From Calditrichia bacterium (lineage in GTDB: Bacteria > Calditrichota > Calditrichia > JAJRVZ01), in contig CAWCNS010000005.1 of assembly GCA_963796965.1 (NCBI GenBank), positions 480,001 through 544,000 of the forward strand: a stretch of 64,000 nt of DNA. Direction: 5' to 3'. Below the pieces are notes generated by a model, which saw only the letters and a list, made by a program, of their open reading frames with translations, did no database searches and was not told where the DNA came from. Shown piece after piece: positions 20,747 to 31,406 of this stretch. The translations under genes were made by a program, and so were the position numbers. Positions within the stretch are counted from its first letter, which is position 1. Every line of letters begins with the position of its first letter.

Positions 20747-21424
20747 TTATGAGAATTCAGATCGGAACGATTCGTAATCCAGAATAATCAGGCGACTTCC
20801 TTCCTTTTTCAGATAACCTTGTTTGGCCAATGCTTTTAATACACGCGAGATAGTTTCACGACTTGTTCCAGCCATGTTTGCAAGATCTTGTTGAGGCGGC
20901 AAACGCGGAATTTCTACCTGTCCCATGTGTATTTTCCCCGAATCATCAGCAATTCTAAGAAGCGTGCTGGCCACTTTACCCGTAGCATTCTGTAGAGAGA
21001 GGCTCTTTATTTGTGAATCACTGCGTCTCAGGCGATGAGCAAGTTCTTTTAAAAGATTGATGGCGATCTGAGGATAATCATGAAGCATCTGCAAAAAATC
21101 TTCTCGCCTTACAATCATTATTTTAGAATCATCCAGGGTCACAACGTTAGCAGAACGGTTCTGCCCATCCAAGATTGACATTTCACCAAAAAAATCACCC
21201 TCACTTAAAATTGACAAGATGACTTCCCGCCCCTCTTCACTGATCCGAGAGATTTTAACCCGACCTTCCAATATAATAAACATGGTTGAGCCGATCTCTT
21301 CTTCAATAAGGATCATATTGTCCTTTTTGTAATACTGCTTTACAGCAAGCTTTGTGATTTCTGTTAGATCTGTTTCGCTTAATTCTGAAAACAGGGGTAT
21401 ATATTTTAGAACCGATATATCCAT
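20747..21424 (-). CDS. Crp/Fnr family transcriptional regulator
   Basis: FFGEMSILDGQNRSA cNMP pocket; GTSRETISR recognition helix. Confidence 0.92.
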   Translation of the reverse strand: MDISVLKYIPLFSELSETDLTEITKLAVKQYYKKDNMILIEEEIGSTMFIILEGRVKISRISEEGREVILSILSEGDFFGEMSILDGQNRSANVVTLDDSKIMIVRREDFLQMLHDYPQIAINLLKELAHRLRRSDSQIKSLSLQNATGKVASTLLRIADDSGKIHMGQVEIPRLPPQQDLANMAGTSRETISRVLKALAKQGYLKKEGSRLIILDYESFRSEFS

Positions 21425-21438
21425 AAGCGGCCTTCTTG

Positions 21439-22095
21439 TTATGGTTTTAGAATACGATAGGTCAATTTATAATTTGATTTAATATCTTCAGCAATTTCCT
21501 TTGTTTCCGAATAATCTTCATCACCCTGTATCCAGACGCAATACAGGATTTTATCATTAATATTTCGCTCAACGACTTCTGCTTTTATTTTTCTTCGTTT
21601 TAAAATATCTGCCAATTCAGCAGCATTTTTTTCCACACCAAAAGCCCCAACCTGGATGATATACCTTAAATGGTTCTTTGGTTTTAGATTCTCTACATTC
21701 TTATTATCGGCAGTTAGTGAATTTTCTTTTGGTTTTGACTTATATTTTTGCCCGGCTGCTCTGCTATACTCCTGGGCTTTTACATAATAACCCTGAGCGA
21801 AGTAATATTCTGACATTTTTTTTGCTAGAAGATTTTTTAGAGGTCCTCCTGAAATCTTATATAAATCCTGATATATTTTTATTGCGTCTTCGCCATTATC
21901 TTTGAATATTGTTTTGAAGAATACTATTTCAGGATCATTTAAATGTCTTTTTTCCAGTTCACTCAATCTGGTTTCTAATCTTTTGAACTTTTTATTTTTG
22001 TATAAAATAAATAAGTCATCATGATTTTGCGAAAGCAGTACATTAGAGAATAGTAGTATGCTAATTATCGGAATGAAATAAATAAAACGGTTCAT
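21439..22095 (-). CDS. SPOR domain protein
   Basis: Signal peptide; C-terminal YIIQVGAFG..NA. Confidence 0.8.
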   Translation of the reverse strand: MNRFIYFIPIISILLFSNVLLSQNHDDLFILYKNKKFKRLETRLSELEKRHLNDPEIVFFKTIFKDNGEDAIKIYQDLYKISGGPLKNLLAKKMSEYYFAQGYYVKAQEYSRAAGQKYKSKPKENSLTADNKNVENLKPKNHLRYIIQVGAFGVEKNAAELADILKRRKIKAEVVERNINDKILYCVWIQGDEDYSETKEIAEDIKSNYKLTYRILKP

Positions 22096-22141
22096 AAGAT
22101 TTTAATTATACACTGGAAGATATTTTTAATAGGAATAGAAT

Positions 22142-23191
22142 TTATTTTGCACCAGCAACTTGCATTGCTAATTCAGCCGCATCTTTATATTGATTCTGAT
22201 CAAAATATATTTTGATCATCTGTGTTTTTATTCTATCCTGATCAAGATCTGTTTTTTGTGCGTCTTTTAAAAGATTTAGAGCCTTATCATGTTCTCCTTT
22301 TTTACGCAGTATTTCAGAGAGAGCGAGAATAGCCGGTAAATATTCCGGATTTGATTTTAGCATGGAAGTGTACAAATCTTCGAGTTTACTAAATTGCCCT
22401 TTCTCAAACCAGGCTTTTTCTAATCGCTTAAAGGCTTGAGGTGCCTTCTCAGGCACTTTCTTTGTTAGATCTGTCCAGATTTTAATAGCATCATCTGTTC
22501 TGTTTTCCCTGAGATAAGAATCGCCTAGCTGAAGATAGGCCTCTTCACAATTAGGATCAATTTTTTGCCCCTCCTTGATAAGAACACGGGCATCTTTTTC
22601 TTTTTGGTTCTCTGCAAGCTGAATCCCCTGTTTCACTTTGAACAAGGCCATCTTTTTCTTGCCTTTTTCTTCCTTGGCTAGGCTACTCTTTTGGAGTATT
22701 TCAAACGCTTTATCCCATTCCTCCCGTTTTTCAAATATTTTTATCAAATAGGGAGCGACCCAGTCGATCTGACGTTTATCTTCTAATAGTTGGTTAAGAT
22801 AATATTCTGCCTTATTGTAATCCTTGAGATACCAATAATCCAGGACAAGGTTTTTCTTAACATTGGTTAAATCTTCTGGCTCAAGATTACCACGGAGGGT
22901 GAGATCCTGGTGGATCCTTATGGCATTTTTATATAATCCTTCATTTCTGAGGATTATACCCAATTTTATATAAGCATCTATATTGTCAGAAGTTTGACGT
23001 ACAGCCTCTTTGAACATTTCAACTGCACGGCGGTTCTCACCTTCTGCCATATATTTGAGGGCCTGAAGGTACGGTGAATCCAATTCCTGAACGCTCTTCT
23101 TCCGTGTGTAAGCGGAATAAAAGGCGAGTGATAACACGGCAAGAAAGAGAATTAATATTGCCCATACTTCAAAAGATATTGTAGGCATCAT
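22142..23191 (-). CDS. LapB-like membrane-anchored TPR protein
   Basis: N-terminal TM, YLQALKY, LG...R..G...AIRIHQDL; directly after a LapA-family gene. Confidence 0.7.
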   Translation of the reverse strand: MMPTISFEVWAILILFLAVLSLAFYSAYTRKKSVQELDSPYLQALKYMAEGENRRAVEMFKEAVRQTSDNIDAYIKLGIILRNEGLYKNAIRIHQDLTLRGNLEPEDLTNVKKNLVLDYWYLKDYNKAEYYLNQLLEDKRQIDWVAPYLIKIFEKREEWDKAFEILQKSSLAKEEKGKKKMALFKVKQGIQLAENQKEKDARVLIKEGQKIDPNCEEAYLQLGDSYLRENRTDDAIKIWTDLTKKVPEKAPQAFKRLEKAWFEKGQFSKLEDLYTSMLKSNPEYLPAILALSEILRKKGEHDKALNLLKDAQKTDLDQDRIKTQMIKIYFDQNQYKDAAELAMQVAGAK

Positions 23192-23197
23192 AAATTT

Positions 23198-23545
23198 TTA
23201 CTCCAAATCTAATGCAGGCTTATCTTTTGGTGTGATTTTGGTTTCTGCATCTGGTATTTCGTCAATGGAAAGGTTTCGTAACCCATCAAGTTCCGTCATC
23301 AGTTTACTGCGCTCGCGTTTTAAAGAACGAACTTCGGAGCGAGAATTCAAAACATACGAGGAGAGCAGGATTGCCCCAACAACTGTGCCAATAAAAAACG
23401 TTACAAAAATTATAACAACGAGATTGACATCATGATAAGTAGTTTGAAAAACCTGAATTGTCACATATTGGCCAAGATTCATGGCAAAAAACCACAATAA
23501 AATGGCACCGATGATGATCCACACAAAAATCCCAAATATTCGCAT
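23198..23545 (-). CDS. lapA: LapA family protein
   Basis: Two TM helices, FAMN, C-terminal coiled coil; upstream of the LapB-like gene. Confidence 0.7.
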   Translation of the reverse strand: MRIFGIFVWIIIGAILLWFFAMNLGQYVTIQVFQTTYHDVNLVVIIFVTFFIGTVVGAILLSSYVLNSRSEVRSLKRERSKLMTELDGLRNLSIDEIPDAETKITPKDKPALDLE

Positions 23546-23774
23546 ATCATCCCCACACTTAAAGTTTTATGTTTTCTAAATATAGCACATTTGTTAAAAT
23601 AAATAATTTGTCAAACAATTACAAGCAATTTGTATTCCCAGGGAACAGATAAAAGATAGAATATTAGCAGATACTGTTTTGGGACAGGCACAACAATCAT
23701 TTATTTTCAGAATTGAACGCGTTAATATCTAATTTATATAGAAGATGAGAATAAATAATGTCTCTAAAGGAAGA

Positions 23775-24758
23775 TTAAATTGCCAGATTATATTTTTCAG
23801 AAATTAAGATTTCCCTTAACAATTTGAAGAGATCCGGATCCCATAAACCAGCGGCAGTTTCTTTCTCCATTATCTGAAGAGCAAAATCTTTGGGGAGTGC
23901 TTTGCGATAGGTACGATCTGTGGTAAGAGCATCATAGCAATCAACCAATCCAATAATACGTGCATGAACAGGGATTTCTTCACCTGCCAAAGATTCAGGA
24001 TATCCACTACCATTGAAGCGTTCCTGATGAAAGCGAATTATGGGTAGGACCGGCTGAAGGGTTTTTAGTGGTCTGCAAATATTCTCACCTATTTCCGGAT
24101 GTGTTTTAATAATTTCAAATTCTTCAGCTGTAAGCGGACCTGGCTTTAGCAAAATTGAATCATCAATAGCGATTTTGCCGATATCGTGCAAAATCCCACC
24201 GCGTTTTAAAATGATCAAATCGATTTCCGGAAGTTTGAGTTCTGACCCAAGATATTGAGCCAATATGGAGAGTCTCTCACAATGCCCTTCAGTATAATTA
24301 TCTTTTGCTTCAACTGCACGGGCCAGACTAAAAATGACCTGCTCAGCATGCTCGAGCTCGTTGATGTAACTGCGAAGTTTCAAGAGATTCTTAACACGGG
24401 CCAATAATTCGTAGACATTAAATGGTTTAGATATAAAATCATCAACACCGGCCTCCAACCCTCTTAACCTATCTTGTTGACTATCCAATGCCGTAATCAT
24501 GACCACCGGTATTAGACGGGTTAACTCGTCCTCCTTTAATATACGGCAGACTTCGAATCCGTCAATACCCGGCATCACAACATCGAGCATGATCAGATCA
24601 GGTGTAAATTGTTTTACTAATTGCAAGGCTTCATAACCATCCTGCGCAGAGAGAATGTCATATTCCCGGTTCGGTCGGTTGAGAATCTCAGTAACCAGCT
24701 TGATATTCTCTTCAGCGTCATCTACAACTAATATCTTTGCCTGAACTTGTGTTTCCAT
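23775..24758 (-). CDS. Response regulator with HD-GYP phosphodiesterase domain
   Basis: ILVVDD, LDVVMP, KPF receiver; LHDIGKI, GSGYP, RTYR. Confidence 0.92.
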   Translation of the reverse strand: METQVQAKILVVDDAEENIKLVTEILNRPNREYDILSAQDGYEALQLVKQFTPDLIMLDVVMPGIDGFEVCRILKEDELTRLIPVVMITALDSQQDRLRGLEAGVDDFISKPFNVYELLARVKNLLKLRSYINELEHAEQVIFSLARAVEAKDNYTEGHCERLSILAQYLGSELKLPEIDLIILKRGGILHDIGKIAIDDSILLKPGPLTAEEFEIIKTHPEIGENICRPLKTLQPVLPIIRFHQERFNGSGYPESLAGEEIPVHARIIGLVDCYDALTTDRTYRKALPKDFALQIMEKETAAGLWDPDLFKLLREILISEKYNLAI

Positions 24759-25122
24759 ACTTTATCTTAACTTTAAGAACCTAATTTAAGTCGACCTTTT
24801 TAACATTCGACTGTTTTCAATAATACTTGATAATTTGTTTTATAAAACAACAAGATGGTAAACAATTTTATCTGATCCAATCTAAACTTACAACTGTTCT
24901 ATAAAACATGGATGTGGCAATGGTCACAATTTTAAATAATATTTATTGGAGCAATATTTTTCCCCGAAACCTATCTTCCTAATGCCAAATCAATTATCCT
25001 ACATTTTAATGAGTTTTTCTTCACAATGGACATCATCATACAGTAAAGATCACTCTTATTTTGACGATAATCTTAATAATAGCGCACTATTATTTTATTC
25101 TAAAACAATAAAGAGATTAAAA

Positions 25123-25609
25123 ATGTTCCAGAAAGATCAAGACAATAGCGAACCCAGATCAAATATATACTCACAATTAGCAATGGAATTGGATTCCCTT
25201 TTTGAGTCAGAAACCAATTTTATTGCCAATTCGGCTAACATGAGTTCCCTGCTCTATCATCGGTTACCAGAGATAAACTGGTCAGGTTTTTACTTAAAAC
25301 AAAATAATCAACTGGTGCTCGGACCCTTCCATGGGAAACCAGCATGTGTCAGAATAAATATGGGAGACGGGGTATGTGGGAAAGCCGCTGAATCGCAGGA
25401 AACTGTTATGGTCAAAGACGTCCATAAATTTCCGGGGCATATAGCTCTGTGATCCCGACTCCAAGTCAGAAATTGTTGTTCCGATGATAAAAAATAATCA
25501 TTTGTTCGGTGTATTAGATATAGATAGCCCTATATCAGATCGATTCAATCATCATGACCAGAATGGGTTGGAGACCCTGGTTTCCATACTATTAAATGCT
25601 TGCGCCTAA
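25123..25609 (+). CDS. msrC: Free methionine-R-sulfoxide reductase (GAF domain); +1 frameshift at about 25447
   Basis: NWSGFY, LGPFHGKPAC, GVCG, FPGHIA then in the shifted frame CDPDSKSEIVVP...GVLDIDS. Confidence 0.85.
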
Positions 25610-25679
25610 CAATTTAAATTTTTTAACGATTACTTAAACAAACCATCACATTTATTTTTTTAACAGCGGAGTATTACAA

Positions 25680-26237
25680 ATGCAGATTAAAGGTTTTATA
25701 CTCCATTCACGCAAGGAGTTTGTTATCGAGAACTTCGGTATTGATAGATGGAATGAAGTTGTTGATGCACTTCCTGCCGAGGATCAAACTATCTATGAGG
25801 GTTTTATTCTAACCTCGGAATGGTATGACTTCGAGATTGGAAAACGTCTTGACGAAGCAATTGTAAAAATGCTCGGTGAAGGGTCCTCTGAAAAATTTGA
25901 AGATATTGGACGTAAATCGGCCCAACGCCATCTTATGGGCATTCATTCTTCTTTTATTGAACCGGAAAATCCACAGGCATTTTTAGAAAAAGCAGAAATG
26001 ATTTATGAATATTATTATGACACTGGTTATCGGGAGTATGAACAGACAGGAGAAACTTCTGGTATACTTACCACATACGATGCGGAAACTTACTCGACAC
26101 CAGATTGTCTGACAGTGATTGGCTGGTACAAAGAGGCATTAAAAATGTGCGGTGCAAAAAATGTCAGTATTACAGAAGACACCTGCCGCGCCAAAGGTGC
26201 AGATTATTGTCAGTATGTCGTTAAGTGGGACATATAA
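25680..26237 (+). CDS. HNOB/V4R-like small ligand-binding protein (myxobacterial TIGR02265-like)
   Basis: IKG...FG...W, SEWYD, C-terminal CRAKGADYC. Confidence 0.6.
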   Translation: MQIKGFILHSRKEFVIENFGIDRWNEVVDALPAEDQTIYEGFILTSEWYDFEIGKRLDEAIVKMLGEGSSEKFEDIGRKSAQRHLMGIHSSFIEPENPQAFLEKAEMIYEYYYDTGYREYEQTGETSGILTTYDAETYSTPDCLTVIGWYKEALKMCGAKNVSITEDTCRAKGADYCQYVVKWDI

Positions 26238-26540
26238 AGATTATTTAAAATTCATCTCCCTGAGCATTGCTAAATACCTCGGATGTTGATGGAGGGGTTC
26301 CAACAACCTGATTGCGCGATCCTAATCCTTCTGCAGAAAAACACTTCAATTTTGAATTAAATATTTTTTCTATGAATGCGAAAATTTATTAACTTCTTTA
26401 TGCGCTTTTGATTATTGCCGTTTGGACAGTTGGCTCAAATATCTTTAATCACTAGAGGTGTAGATACTTTTAATTTGCTCATTATTATATAATAGTGATA
26501 AAACATCATATATTTTATTCCATCACGATAGGGAGAAGAA

Positions 26541-27911
26541 ATGCAAAAAAAAAGGAACGATAAAAATATGATTTCCCGTAGAAAGTTTTTTGAACTCAGT
26601 ACTGCTCTTACCGCTGGTGGTGCCCTATCAGCAACACTCTCTCCATCTCAGGCAAATTCTAAAGATGCGCAGGATAAGGATCTAAAAATTAAAGAATATC
26701 GCACCCTGGGACGTACCGGTTTTAAAGTATCTGATATTGGCATGGGAACCTTAAGGGTAAAAGAATCGAATGTGATTCGATATGCTTATGATTCCGGTAT
26801 AAATTATTTTGATAATGCTGAAGGATATCAAAATGGAGAAGCCGAGCGAAAACTTGGTCAGGTATTAAAATATATGGACCGAAAAAAAATATTTCTGACA
26901 ACTAAGATCCATGTAGCTGAAGATGAAAGCGAAGAATCGATTCTAAAAAGATTCAGGGACTGTCAGGATCGCATGCAAACCGATTATATTGACTGTTTTT
27001 ACATGCATGGTGTAAAGAAGGTTACGCTTCTTAACAAACCCGAATTCCATTCTGCAGTCGCCAAATTAAAAACTGAAGGACGGTTACGCTTCGCCGGTCT
27101 TTCCTCGCATGGCCCACGAAAAAAAGAAGATGATAGTATGGAAAAGGTTTTAACTGCCGCTGCCCATGACGGTCGATTTGATGTGATGTTACTTGTCTAC
27201 AACTTTATGAACGAGAAGGCTGGGAATAATATCATTAGGGCCTGTAAAGAAAATAACGTTGGTGTGACTGCCATGAAAACCGCACCTGGCGTATTAACCG
27301 CTGAGAAATATGACCCATCAAATCCCACAGAAGAACAGAAGAAAAGGCTTAAAAGGTTACAGGATCGGTATGACTCTGAGGAAAAGATTGAGAATGAAAT
27401 GATGGCGTGGGTAGAAGAGCAGCAGGAAGACTTTCTTAAAACCCAACCTTTTGCCGATAAATATGGAATTACGACCGAAGACCAACTTAAAATAGATAGC
27501 GTGCGATGGGTTTTAAAAAACCCAGATATGCAAACCGCCTGTATTTCATTAGTAGACTTCAACTCTGTGGATAAAATCATTCCATTTTCTGGCTTAAAAT
27601 TAGAAGAAACGGACACAGGTTTCATTGATGATTTTAAATCACTATATAATGATCAGTATTGTCGGCACGGCTGCAACGATTGTATTGAGGCCTGTCCTCA
27701 CAATCTGCCCGTAAGCACCATAATGCGGTATGCCTATTACTTCAAGCACCAGGCCTGGGAAAAAGAAGCCATGCTGAAATACAACCGACTGAATGGAGAA
27801 AATGCTTCCCTTTGTGAGGGGTGCTCGAGTCCCTGTTTGGATTCTTGTGAGTATCAGGTAAATATTCCAAGCCAACTAAAAGCAGCACATGACCTGCTGA
27901 CACTTGCATAA
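26541..27911 (+). CDS. Tat-signal aldo/keto reductase with C-terminal 4Fe-4S domain
   Basis: SRRKFF; YRTLGRTGFKVSDIG; YFDNAEGY; CRHGCNDCIEACP. Confidence 0.85.
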   Translation: MQKKRNDKNMISRRKFFELSTALTAGGALSATLSPSQANSKDAQDKDLKIKEYRTLGRTGFKVSDIGMGTLRVKESNVIRYAYDSGINYFDNAEGYQNGEAERKLGQVLKYMDRKKIFLTTKIHVAEDESEESILKRFRDCQDRMQTDYIDCFYMHGVKKVTLLNKPEFHSAVAKLKTEGRLRFAGLSSHGPRKKEDDSMEKVLTAAAHDGRFDVMLLVYNFMNEKAGNNIIRACKENNVGVTAMKTAPGVLTAEKYDPSNPTEEQKKRLKRLQDRYDSEEKIENEMMAWVEEQQEDFLKTQPFADKYGITTEDQLKIDSVRWVLKNPDMQTACISLVDFNSVDKIIPFSGLKLEETDTGFIDDFKSLYNDQYCRHGCNDCIEACPHNLPVSTIMRYAYYFKHQAWEKEAMLKYNRLNGENASLCEGCSSPCLDSCEYQVNIPSQLKAAHDLLTLA

Positions 27912-27937
27912 TAAATTTGCATAACTAAGGAACATAA

Positions 27938-28819
27938 ATGACTAACCATTGGAATAAAATGATTTGCAATCAGCCCAGACATTTCCTAAGAGCTACGATA
28001 GTATTCTTAATAACCCTGGGAATGACTGTCTCTATAACAACGGCTGACGATTTCCCGAAATTTAGCCATTGGAAGGGCTTAACTGAGGTGGTCCATTATA
28101 CACCTGACAATCTCTGGGAGTATATAAATGGTGCAGCTGATCAGTTTATTGATTATGGCTTTCTGACGGTTGGTGTTGGGGAATTTGAAACAAATGGCAT
28201 CCAATTTTCAGTAGATATTTATAATATGGAAAATACATTAAATGCTTTTGGTGTTTTTTCTACGGAAAGCAAGGGAGTAAAGGATAGATACAAAATAGGG
28301 ACTCAAGCAGCTATCAGTTTGCCTGCCCAGGCTTTAATGTTTAAAGGAAAATACTACATCAAATTATATGCATTTGAGGGCGAATTTACAGAAAATTCAG
28401 GTATGTCCATCCTAAATGAAATTGCTAATAATCTGACGGGAAATGAAACAATGCCCACCGAATTAAAGAGTCTTCCAGAAACTGGAAGGATTATGGGCAG
28501 TGAGGGTTATACCCGGCTTGGATTCCTTGGCCTCTCTGATTTAAAAAATTGCCTCTATGCCGATTATTTGGATAAAGATGGAGAGAAATATCAATACTTT
28601 TCCGTCCATCCTGATCAGGATCAAACATTTAAGGAAATATTTGATAATTATGGTACGGATTGGGATTCTCAGGAATTGAACAAATATCCAATCAAATTTA
28701 AAAAGATCCCCTATCAGGGTATGACCGCATTAATACTGCTGCCTAAAGGACTATATGGGGTATCCAACGCGCCCTCCATACAGGTTGTGTTTGAAAGACT
28801 TAAATTGGTTACCAAATAA
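27938..28819 (+). CDS. Secreted hypothetical protein (DUF6599-like)
   Basis: Signal peptide; NLWEYINGAA...VDIYNM...AFGVF motif. Confidence 0.6.
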   Translation: MTNHWNKMICNQPRHFLRATIVFLITLGMTVSITTADDFPKFSHWKGLTEVVHYTPDNLWEYINGAADQFIDYGFLTVGVGEFETNGIQFSVDIYNMENTLNAFGVFSTESKGVKDRYKIGTQAAISLPAQALMFKGKYYIKLYAFEGEFTENSGMSILNEIANNLTGNETMPTELKSLPETGRIMGSEGYTRLGFLGLSDLKNCLYADYLDKDGEKYQYFSVHPDQDQTFKEIFDNYGTDWDSQELNKYPIKFKKIPYQGMTALILLPKGLYGVSNAPSIQVVFERLKLVTK

Positions 28820-28987
28820 TGAAATTCTTTAAAACTGACTATCCCCGATGCCTATCGTGGTATTTCGCCAGTTATATTTCGATATAAATATCGAAAAACA
28901 GAATTTCACTTATTTACCTCTCCCCAATCCTCTCCTAAAGGAGAGGGAGAAATTAGAAACCTCGAGGCAGAGCTTCGGAGAATTCTA
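28820..28987. repeat. Intergenic repeat family A, long composite form
   Basis: Contains all segments found separately at 477-554, 4961-5010 and 37791-37860. Confidence 0.85.
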
Positions 28988-29109
28988 CAGGACCGCAGTT
29001 CTTTTATCGAAGGAATTATTAATCCAAACAGTCAAAAGAAAATAAATTTGAAGGGATTTTATAATATGGAATCAAATTATTCAGGATAAATTTATATTAA
29101 AGATATCTA

Positions 29110-29451
29110 CTATTTTTCAAAACTTGCGACAGCTTGTTTAACATCAGGATATACATCAAAGACATTATCGAGTTTTGTTATCTCTATTATTTTTACAACC
29201 TTTTTGCTTAGCCCCGATAGTTTGAGATCTCCACCGGCATTTCGCACTGTTGTCAAACAACAGATAAGTATACCCACTCCCACACTGCCCATCCAATCCA
29301 CCTCTTTTAAGTCGACTACAATATATTCGATACTTTTTTCCAAAGTGGATTTTATAGCCGTATGTATATCTCCGACCTCCGGTCCGCCTTTAATTTTCCC
29401 GCTTAGCGAGAGTACAGATATCTTGCCGTACGTTTTTTCACTTATCTTCAT
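29110..29451 (-). CDS. STAS domain anti-sigma factor antagonist
   Basis: VVDLKEVDWMGSVGVG, GGDLKL. Confidence 0.88.
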   Translation of the reverse strand: MKISEKTYGKISVLSLSGKIKGGPEVGDIHTAIKSTLEKSIEYIVVDLKEVDWMGSVGVGILICCLTTVRNAGGDLKLSGLSKKVVKIIEITKLDNVFDVYPDVKQAVASFEK

Positions 29452-29636
29452 TTTCAGAATTCCTATATATCAATCAGATAATATTAACTATAACGCCTAG
29501 TTAACTGCAAATTATTTCTTAAATCATTCCATATTCAGCCCGCCTGTAACTGAACCATTTTGCGCCTTCTTTATTAATATCCTATATTTATGCATATTTT
29601 TTTAGAAATTGAAAAACGTTTTCTTCACCCAATCAA

Positions 29637-30815
29637 ATGGAAAAAATTATGGAAGAGAAAATATCGGGATTGACTCAATCCAACACGATTGATGACAAAA
29701 TCTACCACAAACTTGCCCGTTATCTCGATGACCTGCCAGCTGGCTATCCGGCCACAAAAACAGGTATTGAAATAAAAATTTTAAAAAGATTTTTCCTCCC
29801 TGATGAGGCTGCATTAGCGCTTCATGTCTCCTTGATTCCAGAAGATGCCCGGGTAATTGCACACCGTGCAAAAATTAAGATTCCCGAAACGGAGAAACGT
29901 CTTACAGAAATGGCAAAAAAAGGTTTGCTCTATAGCATGGTCAAACAAGGCCATACGACCAAATATATGATCAATCAAATGGTAATCGGCATCTGGGAGT
30001 ATCATGTAAATGATCTGGATTCTGAATTAATAAAAGATATGAATGACTACATTCCTGCTTTGTTTCAGGAAGCATGGAAAGTACCACAATTAAGAACCAT
30101 TCCAGTCAATCAAAGTATTACCTCTCAAACAGAGGTTACGACCTATGAACTGGCTGAAGAACTGTTAAACCAACACAAGAAATTTGTTGTTGCGCCCTGT
30201 ATTTGTAGACGTGAAAAGAAGATGGTCGGCGAAGGATGCAACGCACCGGAAGAAGCCTGTCTTGTATTTGGTAGCGCTGCTGATTATTATTTAAGGAATG
30301 ATCTTGGACGTGAAATCGACAAGGAAGAGGCTGCAAATATATTAAAGATGGCAGATGAAGCAGGTTTGGTCTTACAACCCAGTAATTCCCGCCAGGCAGT
30401 CAATATATGCTGCTGTTGTGGCTGTTGTTGTGCTGTTTTGCGCACATTAAAAAAGCATCCTGAACCAGCTATCATGGTCTCCTCCCCATTCTTTGCAAGA
30501 TCTGATCAGGAAAACTGTGATGGATGCAGTCTATGTTTGGATAGATGCCCTATGGATGCCATAACTCTTGTTGACGGAATATCTGTTGTGAATAAAAGTC
30601 GTTGTATCGGCTGCGGACTTTGTGTTACTTCTTGCCCAACTGCCGCATTGTCTCTTATTCGTAAACCGGAGGAAGATCAACCCGTTGTCCCGGAAACAAA
30701 TATTGACAAATATATTAAACTTGGGCGAGAAAGGGGAAAACTCGGAGCAGGAAAACTTGTAATGATGCAGATAAAATCAAAGATTGACAGATTAATAGCA
30801 GCAAAAAAACACTGA
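29637..30815 (+). CDS. 4Fe-4S binding protein (Cys-rich)
   Basis: PCICR, NICCCCGCCC, two CxxCxxCxxxCP ferredoxin motifs; the start may be 29649. Confidence 0.85.
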   Translation: MEKIMEEKISGLTQSNTIDDKIYHKLARYLDDLPAGYPATKTGIEIKILKRFFLPDEAALALHVSLIPEDARVIAHRAKIKIPETEKRLTEMAKKGLLYSMVKQGHTTKYMINQMVIGIWEYHVNDLDSELIKDMNDYIPALFQEAWKVPQLRTIPVNQSITSQTEVTTYELAEELLNQHKKFVVAPCICRREKKMVGEGCNAPEEACLVFGSAADYYLRNDLGREIDKEEAANILKMADEAGLVLQPSNSRQAVNICCCCGCCCAVLRTLKKHPEPAIMVSSPFFARSDQENCDGCSLCLDRCPMDAITLVDGISVVNKSRCIGCGLCVTSCPTAALSLIRKPEEDQPVVPETNIDKYIKLGRERGKLGAGKLVMMQIKSKIDRLIAAKKH

Positions 30816-30821
30816 AAAATA

Positions 30822-31187
30822 TCAGGCGACTTTTTGCATGTATTCGGTAGTCAACGCATTTAATTGCGAATAACTATCCATAGAGTTATAGCGTTCATCT
30901 GATCCAAATGGGAGAAATTGTACGGCCACAGATAAGGATTGGCTGCCCTGTGAATTTACGAGCCTAACAACATTACCTCTAACAGTTATATTCTCTTTAT
31001 CTGGAATAATAATTTCCAGCTCAATATGATCGCCCGTATTAAAGAGATATTCTGTTTCAAAGCGTACACTAATTTTAGTTATATCAGCAAGAGAGCCGCG
31101 GGATTCCGCCCCCCCGGTAAAGCGGTAAACAACTTCCGCATCAGGTACTTCAAACCGATCTAGATATCTTCGTTCTATGCCATACAT
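30822..31187 (-). CDS. PilZ domain protein
   Basis: ERRYLDRF (RxxxR), degenerate DxSxxG (DITKIS), GNVVR...VAVQF. Confidence 0.7.
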   Translation of the reverse strand: MYGIERRYLDRFEVPDAEVVYRFTGGAESRGSLADITKISVRFETEYLFNTGDHIELEIIIPDKENITVRGNVVRLVNSQGSQSLSVAVQFLPFGSDERYNSMDSYSQLNALTTEYMQKVA

Positions 31188-31287
31188 ATTAAAGTCCTGC
31201 CCTCATCATATATAATTCCATTTATATTGCTCTATATTTTATCTCTTTATCCTATATAAAGTATATTTCAATAGATCCTATCAATTA

Positions 31288-31301
31288 TTGATGCAGATCA
31301 C
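31288..31301. promoter_or_regulatory. Possible Fnr/Crp-type site
   Basis: TTGAT-GCAG-ATCAC, one mismatch to TTGAT-N4-ATCAA, in a divergent intergenic region. Confidence 0.35.
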
Positions 31302-31406
31302 GAAATGGACAAAAATTCAATTTTCAGAAGAAGGTATGAGTTTTTTAAATAATTTCTTATATTTGGAAACCATATATATTATATTTCAGTGAGAGTAATG
31401 GGGATT

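Noticed and set aside
24946..25122. N-terminal extension of the msrC ORF
   Set aside because: No family similarity; ATG at 25123 gives the expected length
25441..25452. TGA near the msrC active-site Cys as selenocysteine
   Set aside because: Read-through in frame gives nonsense, whereas removing one base restores HIACDPDSKSE
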